Assembly: GCA_036172245.1 (NCBI GenBank)
Contig: JAYWIR010000025.1
Span: 558,001-622,000, forward strand
Length of the DNA stretch: 64,000 bases
Source: Raillietiella orientalis
Taxonomy: Eukaryota
Reading direction: 5' to 3'
Part shown: one piece after another, positions 36,601 through 46,351 of the stretch
Layout: the number at the start of each line of letters is the position of its first letter
Position numbering within the stretch: the first letter of the stretch is position 1
The notes under the pieces: generated by a model
Told to the model about the DNA's origin: nothing
Database searches by the model: none
What the model saw: only the letters and a program-made list of their open reading frames with translations
Position numbers and translations under genes: made by a program

Positions 36601-39600
36601 TCGACGGCAAGCCCAACGAAGGGCATAATTCCACGATGAGACTACCCAAGTCTTCCGGCTGTAATCCCCGCTGATTTTCCCCAAGTGAATGGAACGCTCC
36701 AGAATCCCACTCACTTAGCAGCTTGAGATCCAGGCGGGGCAAATGGACGCATGCTTTGCATCGACGCCAAAGTATCTGCGGTCGACTTACCGACTTCGTC
36801 CATTAATTGCGACGCAGAAATCTTCTACGTGCACTCTTGGAAGGAAGGAAGGTGCGCAACGCCCTTCTCGGCACCCCTAAATAGCACAGAATTCGTCGTC
36901 GTTTGTTTTTGTTTTTTTCTTTTCTTTCTTTTTTGCACTTCCGCTCTTTGAGCGCCGTCGCGCTTTTTCCACGGCACACCTTCGAACTTGGGCATTAAAC
37001 CCGGGTGCAGCAGTACTGCCATCATCCCCTCAGGCTTTCGATCTTCGGTCGCAACCCTTCCTCAAGCGCGGATACTTTCTTAACACGCACTTGGAGACTC
37101 GCCGGCGCTGCTCTTGGGGTCTGACCGTCTGCTTGCACTTTTGATTAACGCTGCACGTATGTCGAGTCACGCGTCACGCTTGCCTCTCTCACTTCTTTGT
37201 AGAGATGCACGCGCGTTTCCCAGCGGGAAAGTCGTGTGTTTTGGTGGCGATGTGTGATTCCCTGGCGCCTTGCCGCGTGCCCGTCGTGCGGTCGCACTGC
37301 GGGCGTCCGTGGACACCACGGCGTGGATGCGCGCGGGAAAGAACTGCCATTGCGTGCATCGATAACGGATGAAAAGTGCGATCCTTGACGTGAATAACTT
37401 TCCAACTCGAGTAGCTCTGGCGGCAGCCCATTCAGCTGTTCTCTTTAATCCAGTGGCGCCGGTCATGGTTCGGCACCCCGCCAATATCGTCGTGGACGAA
37501 GGAGAGGAAGCTGCGTTCTCCTGTTCTTACAAGGGAAGCAAGTATCCTGTCACCAGGTGAGTACGCGGCCTACTGACCAACCGAAAGGACGAACGGGGAG
37601 CTACCCTCCGGCAGAATATCCTGGCTACACGAAGGCAGGCGTCTGGTGCCGAACGACTGGCACCTCCTGGTGGACGAAAAGGTCGGCATCTTGAAGATAC
37701 GATCGGCTCAAGCAAGCGATAACGGCGCCTACGCGTGCCAGGTCAACTCGTTCGGCTTCCCGCCGGTCAATTCAACCGCCGCCACTTTGCTGGTGAAAGG
37801 TAAAGGAGTGGAACGGAACCATAGAGCCTCCCTCCCTCCTCTTCCAGAGCGGATGAAGTTCGCACCATCTCCGGTTAACAAGAAGCTGGAACTGGGGTCC
37901 AAAGCCAGAGTGCCGTGCAAGGCGAAAGCATCCTCGCCCGTCACGGTCAAGTGGCTGAAAGTAAGTAGCTTGCGCCAACAACCAGCGCCTCAACCGCCCC
38001 CCTTTCCTTGCGTCCTCTAGAACCGTTCGTTTGAGTGGCCACCTCACGTCCGGGACGACAATGGGACTCTGCTCTTTGACGGCGTTCAGCCTGGGGATGC
38101 CGGGCTGTACACCTGCATCGCCACCTCCGCCCAGGGTATCATCAACACGTCCATCAAGATCGACGTCATCGGTAAGGGGAGGATGGAGAAGGAAGCTTGG
38201 ATTCCTTCTCTCACTCGGGCAGTGCTGCCGAAGTTCGTGCTGAAACCGCTGGACCCCACCGAGGCATTTGAGGGACGGCCCCTAACCATCCCATGCAAGG
38301 CTCGGGGGGACCCCAAGCCGGCCATCCAGTGGGACAAGAACCAAGTGCCGAACGGGTTCGATCCGCAAAGGTGCGCCATGCCACCACCTTTTCCTCTCTT
38401 AACCCGCCGCCGCCACCACTTTCATCCGTTTCCCTGACTCTTCACAACAACCCTTCCCCTTTACAGGTTCCACGTGCTGGAAAATGGGTCCCTGACCATC
38501 GAAGAGCTCCGTTTCGAGGACGAAGGAAAATACGGGTGCACTGCTGGCAACGCCGCGGGTTTCAGTAGAGAAGAGTTCACCCTCATCGTGAGGGGTGAGT
38601 ACTTCTACCGAGAAGCGGCGCTGGAGAAAGCTCTGGCGCCGCTACCCCCCACCCCATCCCCAAACGATCCGGGGCACGTCCCTCCTCCCAAGGCGAAGGC
38701 GGGTTTGACGGCACCGGCATGAACCAGGACAGCGTCATCATGCAGACAGTGATCATCACCCTCAGCGTGGCCGCCGCGTACGTCATACTGGTCATCGTAC
38801 TGTCCATGTGGTGCCGGCACCAGAGGACGCACAGGAAGAAACGTCTGCAGCTGGAAGGGATGGAAGCCACCCCTCTGAACAGGGAGCCCGCGGGAGAAGC
38901 TGAGGGACCCGGCGGTCACGGCGGTGTGACGCCGCGGCATGCCGGGGACCCAGCGGACGAAAGCCCCTCCCTCGCCTCGGAACTTCGCGACGCTCCCGCG
39001 GAGAAGCTGCACATCGGCCGCCAGCAACTCATCTCCATCGCCAGGCTAGGTGAGGGCAGAGAGGCGGGCGGGAGGTGCGTGGGATGAGCAGCGCACGCGC
39101 GCCGGGGGAGCAGGGCTGCCAGTTTTCCTCCCCGTTTCGCACTACCAAACGCTACCGCTACTAGGGGTTGGCGAGTTCGGAGAAGTCCACGTCGCCTCCG
39201 TGTCCAATGTCGGGCCCGTGGTCATGATGAAGATGCTGCAGGTCAGCAGTGAGCAGGCACGTGCGGACTTCCGGCGCGAAGCCGACACCTACAAGAAGTT
39301 CCGTCATCCTGGGGTCGCGCGTCTCCTCACCCTACTCAAGAAGACGGAACCCCACCTCGCCGTCTTCGAGTACACAGAATGGGTAAGGGTGCTGCCCTCC
39401 CCCTTCCCCACCCCCCTCGTGGTCAACAAGCTGACGTGACCTTTCCGCCTCGTTCGGCCGTCCAGGGCGACCTCAAGCAGTTCCTTCTGGCCACCAGCCA
39501 GACGAAGCAGCTCAGCCAGGTGCAGATGACCCGGATGTGCCTCCAGCTGGCTCAGGGCATGGAATACCTGTCCGGGATGCACTTTCTGCACCGGGACCTC

Positions 39601-40017
39601 GCGTGCCGCAACTGTCTAGTCACCCCCCGCCTGGACCTGAAGATCTCCTGCCCCTGCCTGTGCCGGGAAGGCTACAAGGAAGAGTACTTTCACCTCCAGA
39701 ACGCTCTCATCCCCCTGCGCTGGTGGCCCGCAGAAGCCGTGCTCGACGGCGACTTCAGCACAAAATCCGACGTGTGGTCGTTCGCCTGCACGGCCTGGGA
39801 GGTGTTCAACCACGGAGACCTGCCCCTCTCCCACCTGTCCAACGAGGAAGTCCTCCGCTCGCTGAGGAACAAGAAGCTCTCCTGGCAGCCCCCTCACGCC
39901 GCGCCCAGCGACCTGAAGGTCCTGCTCGGCCGCTGCTGGTCCGCCTTCCCGTGGGACCGACCGAGTTTCCAGGTCGCCGCAGAGACTCTGTCAGCCGTGC
40001 TGGACGGCTACAACTGA
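9130..40017 (+). CDS. PTK7: Inactive tyrosine-protein kinase 7 / off-track-like receptor pseudokinase; 16 coding exons, 3204 nt, ~1067 aa
   Basis: Exons joined by GT-AG introns with consistent phases: 9130-9163, 11133-11441, 19834-19963, 20080-20270, 20332-20476, 25663-25802, 29896-30195, 37454-37556, 37615-37799, 37848-37960, 38021-38171, 38223-38370, 38467-38594, 38693-39049, 39165-39382, 39466-40017. They give signal peptide MAAALRSAVISGIILFSIRC, seven Ig domains (C...W...DxGxYxC), TM VIITLSVAAAYVILVIVLSMWC and a kinase fold (GVGEFG, VMMK, HRDLACRN, PLRW, KSDVWSF) lacking DFG. This architecture is diagnostic of PTK7/Otk. Confidence 0.93.
11133..11441 (+). CDS. PTK7: PTK7 exon 2 (end of signal peptide + Ig1)
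   Basis: Polypyrimidine tract + TAG acceptor; FYFTVHPRDQ..LYC..FYWQLNG..DHGEFTCIA; donor T|GTAAGT. Confidence 0.93.
12620..13950 (-). mobile_element. Internally deleted, decayed non-LTR element in PTK7 intron 2
   Basis: ORF1-like VRISAHRFPFDW..YG..PTGVRF..LP..FRSTIFP at 13330-13580, followed by zf-RVT-like QNCHDENAFH..IW at ~12830-12900. Confidence 0.45.
15590..15638. repeat. (GT)n microsatellite, ~24 units
   Basis: Perfect TG dinucleotide run seen directly. Confidence 0.98.
19834..20476 (+). CDS. PTK7: PTK7 exons 3-5 (19834-19963, 20080-20270, 20332-20476): Ig2 and first half of Ig3
   Basis: ITLRCKADGYPKPDFQWLR / NGKII..NNGAYSCRARNQAG / AMLSCRYEGASLTEWL; canonical splice sites with matching phases. 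Confidence 0.9.
25663..25802 (+). CDS. PTK7: PTK7 exon 6 (second half of Ig3)
   Basis: tttcag acceptor; RITVYPNGSLLVPDVQPTDERTYTC; donor A|GTAAGT. Confidence 0.9.
29896..30195 (+). CDS. PTK7: PTK7 exon 7 (Ig4)
   Basis: ttccag acceptor; MCLAPGGLPKPRTWW..EDHGNYTCVAENLAG; donor G|GTAACT. Confidence 0.92.
37454..38594 (+). CDS. PTK7: PTK7 exons 8-13 (Ig5, Ig6, Ig7)
   Basis: Six exons separated by 48-96 nt GT-AG introns; motifs FSCSY..ISWL..DNGAYAC, VPCKAK..VKWLK..DAGLYTC, IPCKARGDPKPAIQW..DEGKYGC. Confidence 0.92.
38693..40017 (+). CDS. PTK7: PTK7 exons 14-16 (TM, juxtamembrane, pseudokinase domain)
   Basis: TM helix followed by basic stop-transfer RHQRTHRKKR; LGVGEFGEV; FEYTEWGDLKQFL; HRDLACRNCLV; stop TGA at 40015-40017. 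Confidence 0.93.
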
Positions 40018-42290
40018 GACGCGGAATTCGGAAAGGGGGGGGGAGAAGGGGAGGAGTGCCGCGTCCTCCTCGGGCCAGAAATGGGCCACGACGAGTCCGA
40101 CCGTCCGGTCGGACTCGTCGGGAACGCCTCCAGACAGCCAGACGCAGTCTCAAGAAGCAACGCACTCTGCACTTTTCTCGACACGTGGGGGCGGGGATAA
40201 GGGTAAAAAGAGAGGACGCACTTTGGACTTCGGGGAATCGCGTACGCGATAAAAGGCCGGGAGTGTGTCCTTTCGATTACCTGGCAGCGAGGAGGTGCGC
40301 ATGGTGAGGAACTGTTCGTTGTGAAGTTGACGCGCCGGCGCCTCGTTGCCAGGATATATTTTTCTTTATCATCCAGCTGTATTTAAGCGCTGTTTTTTTT
40401 TTGTGTTGTTGTTTTTTATAACCATTGAGGCGTTGATTTGTGCAACGTGACGTCTCACGCAGTGACGGGGGGAAGGATGGTGCTTCCTCTGCGTGGTGTG
40501 CGGCGGGTGAGTGCAATAGAAAGTGGTGCCCGCGCGTTTCGGATGGAGTCCGTACGGCCAGGTTACGTGATCGCAGCAGTTGATCCACTTTGCTCCCCCC
40601 CTCCTCCATTTTTCCTGTTCTGCTGCCTTGGTTTTCCGGAAGATCCCGGTCTTGCATCTTGGAAATCGGAATTTTTCTGGCAAGGAATATCTCCGAAAAA
40701 CCTCCCTTGTTGGAAGATGTTGAACTTCAGCACTTGAATCCCCCCCCCCCCTTCCCTCTCTCCTGCAGAGCCGTTTCATGTGGATTTGTTGCTTCCACTG
40801 TTCCAGCTACCCTTGGGGTGCTTTTTGGTACACTTCAAAATTCTGAAGAAGGGTCGCGGTTAAAGTGGCAGCTTCCGTTTGCTGCCACGGATCGGAAGAA
40901 CTTGCGTGCAGTCAGACAGCGTTGGCACAATTGATGCTTGATGAGTTCCTCAAGTGAGAACGGGCAGCCAGAAACACGGAGGGAAGGGAATATAAAAAAA
41001 AAAAAAAAACAAAAGGAAAGCTCCGCAGAATTTCTCGATCCTTTGTTTCTTCCGAAAAGGACGTTCTCACCGCAAAAGTTGGAACGGGAGGTCCGTAGCG
41101 TGTGCGTGCGTGCACGTGCGTGTGGAAAAAAACACGGACGTTTCCAATAGTCCACACTCCGAGACTTGACAGCTGCTCGGAAAGGAAGCGTGCGGCCTTC
41201 ATGTGGATGGAAAGGTAATAACTGCTGAGAAAGGAGCTAGTTGTAAGAAGAGGAGTATCGGCGGAAAACCATGTGTTGCTGTCGATGTCGCAATGCGAAA
41301 TAAATTCCATTACTTTAAATAACGATAGTTGTTGCGGTCCGCCTTTCAGATTTGATGAGGTCAGTTCGAAAAGTCCGTGGTGTGTTTGATACACCAGCGG
41401 CAGCAACCACCAGCATGGTCATAGCTATTGTACACGAAGCTTTGGGAATGGTCTTCACCTTCCCAAACACGTGACCCTGTTACGCTCGCTGCCTCGATTC
41501 CTTCGGTTCATTCAAGAAACTTTCTCTATAGTAACCTCGATGTTTAGCTCAGGTTTCTGCTTAATTCGAAAACTTCCTGGTACTTTTTTCTTCACGTTTA
41601 TCACTCGTTGTTTTTTTTTTGAAGAGTGCCGGCTTTTAGATTGGTTGCAATGCGGCAGGTCTCTTTTCACTTTGGAGAACGTTAAAAATTGTTCGCATCT
41701 CTTCACTTTGAATTATTTCTACGTGAAATATGTAAGGTGAACGTTCGAAAACAAAGCGCTTGCTCGCAGACTCGGAAAACACGCATCCAAAATCCATGCA
41801 TTTTAAATCGAGTTGAAGCTTCTGATTCATGAGTGAATATTAATCGAGTTCATCAAGAGGTACCACTTATGCTGAGGTCTCATGAGCAATTTCCAAAACA
41901 GAAGATGCGTTTCGGAAAAGTGCCCGACAGACACCCTGCCCGATGAAATCATAGTATATCCAGTTGTTTCCATTCATTAGAAGGATACCTAGTGCCAACG
42001 AAATGCTGAAGGCGTTTTGTGCATCCATGAGGCCCATGAGAAGAACTAAATACAATATTCCTAGCAATTGGCAGTTTCAGTTCCGAAGCCTTAGGGCAGC
42101 ATTAATGTGTCTTGGAAAAGGCAAAAAGTAGGGTTCCCGAAGCTGAGAACAAACGCATGCTTCCGAGTTTCTTCTACCTGTTGCTTCAAATTCTTATAGT
42201 GCATGACTATCAGTAATGGGCTGTCCATGCGCAGCCCAAAGGTATACAGGAACATGACAGATGAATCAATGAATATTCTATCACAGTACA

Positions 42291-42448
42291 TTTTCATACG
42301 TCCCTGTTCTCCACGTCCGAGATGGAGCATTGTGTCATCTGATGCGAACCATAAACCATAATGACCCGGTAGAGTCGCTGTCCTTACGTTAGGAGCAATA
42401 TACGTACGAATATATGCCTCACTCGTGGGTCAGTGAAGTGAAGTGCAT
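42291..42448 (+). repeat. Left arm of ~160 bp inverted repeat (partner 45305-45461)
   Basis: tccctgttctccacgtccgagatggagcatt..aaccataaaccataatgaccc..ccttacgttagga is the reverse complement of the 45305-45461 sequence, with scattered substitutions. Confidence 0.85.
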
Positions 42449-45304
42449 TTGGAAATGGCCACGAATTCCAGGAACTATGAAGAAGACCGTATAGATTAAA
42501 CATCGCTTACGCACAGGCAGAGCGTAAGGAAGGATTGTCATATAAAACAGAAATAGAATCCTTAGTTTCCCATCAATCCTCCCTCCATACCATCCGAAGT
42601 GTTAAGGATGTTAATGGTTCTGCTATTTTCCGTGTTTTCATAGGGCACCAAAAGAAAAGGAAAATCATTCGAAACTTGGAAAACTATCCATATGGGTACT
42701 TGAAAGCATATTTATAAAAAAACTCGAGGCCCCCGCAGGGCATCTCATTTTCCATAGTTTATTTAAATGTATGGTCAGGGGCAAATAGAAACTTGAGAGC
42801 AGCTTTTAGATCTACTTACAGGAATGCTGTCTTCGAATATAAGTAAATGATTGTATCATACTTGCGTGGATTGTATAATACAACGGGTGAAATTTTTAAT
42901 CTTCTGATGTGAATGATGATTTTATTTTCATCTTCCGAGAATCTGAGTGAATAATGTAAGTCAACTTATACACCTAAGTCATTTTTTTTTCTTTCCTACA
43001 TAGCGTATCCCCTGTTTTGGGCATTCCATAGCTCGCGTAGTCAATCGGGATCGCAAATTTCAGACTTCTAACGCAGAACAAGGGTTTTTAGTTTTGAAAG
43101 CTTATTGTGATAACATAATTTTTTTGCTTTTTTCGGAGTATTTGGAACATTCGTGAGCAGGAGAATCTTGTTGCCAGTGAGAATTTGCATCCTGGAAATG
43201 TGTGCTTCATTAAAAATAAGTGTAGAGTTCGTGAGGAATGCATCCAGAAGGAAAGCTACTATTAATAAAGTGCTTGTGCATCATCCTCTTAATGTAAGCA
43301 ATTATAAGGAGGGTTCAATTCGAAGCAACAACAACAACAAAAATCCAGTTCAAAAGATGAATCCTAAGGGCAGCAGATGTTAAGGAAGCAAACCTCAAAT
43401 CCGCCCAATCTGCTTCATTCGAAATCATTATCCTTTTCCACTATAAAATCAAAGGCCACTGGAACTTTACTTCGTTTTAATATAATTTATGGGAAACTTC
43501 TGATTTCAGATAATTCAATATTCTCAGATCTTTTCTTCAGATCTGTTCTTTTGATGTTACAAATTAGCAGGCTCTTATGCTTTACAGTATCCTATTGAAA
43601 TCATGGACTCTGAATGCAGAGCGCTTTGAAAAAAATTTAGGCTCAATGGCAAACATATGTTGTTTCATCATGGTTGAGAAGATTTAATCATTTGTGTACA
43701 AGGCGATCGCTAGAGGATGTTTGTAAGCGTCTTCATTTTACGGCTTTGAGAACACTAAACCAATATCTTGTTTCCTGTTTCTTCACCACCGGAGGGCAGC
43801 CCGAAGGGAACCCGCTCCTTGATTCCTGGAAGGACTCCGGCCGGTCAGTCAACCTGTTGCCTGTTTCTTCGTGATAACACCATCTTGATGGAGTTCTAAG
43901 TACCTGGTAACCATGCTAAACTGCAACGGTACTTGTGAATGTGAATTTTTCTTCATAAAGTTATTTAAGGAAAATAGAAACTAGTTCTGAGATTCTTTTG
44001 ATGTTTTTGTTTCTTGTGCCAGTTTCGGGTTGTAAATTATCTGAACTTTTCCACTCTTACAAATCTGCTACGAACTCCGTATAACAGAGAACCGTCCTTC
44101 CTTGGACCGTTACCCAAGACCACTGCTGTTTGTTCTACGTAAACTATCTGGACATAAATTTTATTACATAGGGGGAATGAGCTTGTACTTTTAAAATTAT
44201 ATTGAAAATGGAATAGTAGATTTGCTTGATATCTCGTCCACAGCATGATATCAAAATCGAAAACTAAAGTATTATCCCATGTTACAGTAAAAGCATTTGT
44301 GAGGAATCCAGCAATTCTCTACATGGCTATAGCAGTGAATTTCCAAAATCTTTAAAATAAAACCTGTCTTCACCTTGAATTTATGTTGTAAAGAAAAGGG
44401 ACGATTTCAGAAAGTGACCTACAAACTAATCCGAAAGGCAAATGCAAGTTATTCGAAAGGATGAGATCACTTTACGAACTTTGATTAGCACAAAAGATTG
44501 CTCTCCAAAGAGTTTTTTCCCTAAAGAGCTTAATCACTTTTGGAATAAATGAGCATTCATAAATGAAATGCTATTGCTCAAATGTAATTAATCAACGAAA
44601 ATATAATGCCTGTAACTCCGTGATAATTTATAAACAGTGCTAAGCACGAATCAATGCTTCAAATATATATATATATATATTTGAAGTACTTGTTTATGAC
44701 TCTTAATCATGAAGAGCATTTTACCTAGGATTTTATTACTTCCTAACATTTTACCTCCATCTATTGCATTTAAGTAATGGGACTGGAAAAAAAAAAGAGG
44801 CAATTGGTAAACACAAAACACAGGAGAATCCCGACCGCCAAAGATGGAGACAAATACATTTTGCACACATGACGATAATCTTCTGTTTTAGGCCTCTAAC
44901 TGCTAAAAAAAAAAAAGTCCATATGCAAAATTGGACACATGGGATACCTGTGTTTCATGTTTTATTTCTCTGCCTACGTAGTTCAGTTTGTTTTCGATTC
45001 TTCTGCAACCCGTTTGATTCAACAAGTACTTTCTGATTTTTTGCTTATATCTCCCATATACAGCTCCCTTGGTTATGCTTTTTCATTTGTGACGATTAAC
45101 AACTACATCAAGGTGATTTTAGCTCACCACGTTATTGAATAAAATCAAAGTAACTCTGTGGTGTTTTATGACTTTTCCTTGTTTTTATTATTTTTAGCAA
45201 ATTTTAAATCTTTTCAAGTACACTGGATTCAGTTGAGTCGGTCCTGAGCCGTTCTTTCAGGGATTCAAGCAGCATAGTCTGTTTATAGCAGCTTCCATCG
45301 GTCA

Positions 45305-45461
45305 TGCATTCACTGCACTGACCCATGAGATGAAGCATGTATTAACTCATACATATATTATTCCTAACGTAAGGAGAACGACTCTACTGGGTCATTATGG
45401 TTTATGGTTTGTATCAGATGGCATAATGCTCCATCTCGGACGTGGAGAACAGGGATGAAAA
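45305..45461 (-). repeat. Right arm of ~160 bp inverted repeat (partner 42291-42448)
   Basis: tcctaacgtaagg..gggtcattatggtttatggtt..aatgctccatctcggacgtggagaacaggga. Confidence 0.85.
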
Positions 45462-46351
45462 CATTTTAACCGCATTTGATTTAACGGAAAAAGATCTTAC
45501 ATCTGCTTCGTATTGTACCTGTACTCATTTAGTTTTTAGTTTTTACGTATGTTGGCTTAATTTTTTGTTAGTTGTTTATAGCTTCACCGTAAACAAATTG
45601 AGTTTTGTGTCTAAATAAGCATTTTAAAATGCTCTTGAGTTTTCTCGGATGTGCCAAATGATTGCAGGAGGATCCAAAAATATGCTCCTACGAATAATCG
45701 GCTTGAGAGGTTTCCATCGGGAGCAAAAAACGGCTTAGAAAATTTTCCCTTCAGCCCTTCCTTACACAATTACCATCTTTTTACATTTAAGGAGTTGTTC
45801 ATTGCATTTGATAATAGTGTGCACTTTTTTTTCATTCCCATATGCTATTCAGGGGGTTGGATGCTAAAACCAACGGACTGTTTGGTGATACGACGTTTTT
45901 TCCAGGAAAACAAGCAGTTGAACAAACCATTGAAGGAACAAATACAAGCGAAACTGACGACGCAAAACGAAAATCTTTGGGTGGATTGAAAATGCGTGCA
46001 AAAACGGGAATTTTATTCCATATTGAATTTTTTGCATTATTTACTATTTTTGGCAAAAGTGATGGGGAGGCCATGTAAAGAATATGTAATGATAAATACT
46101 CGAACTGATAAATATTTTAAAGGAATCAATGATTTCACGCTTAGAAGATTTGCTTATGTACGATAATAAATAAAATAAACTAAAATTTGCCCTCCATAGT
46201 CAGTTTGTGTCAGAAACTGCATACAGTGCTGTCGTTCTTGTGAAGTAAATGAAATATCATGAATTCAGTTACTAATGTTGTGATGATGGTTACGTTTGTC
46301 AATCAGTTATTTGAGTACCAAGAAACATACTAACAAGTACTCGGTCCGAAA

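Noticed and set aside
41867..42330. Two short minus-strand ORFs downstream of PTK7
   Set aside because: No recognisable homology, and no consistent exon chain could be built.
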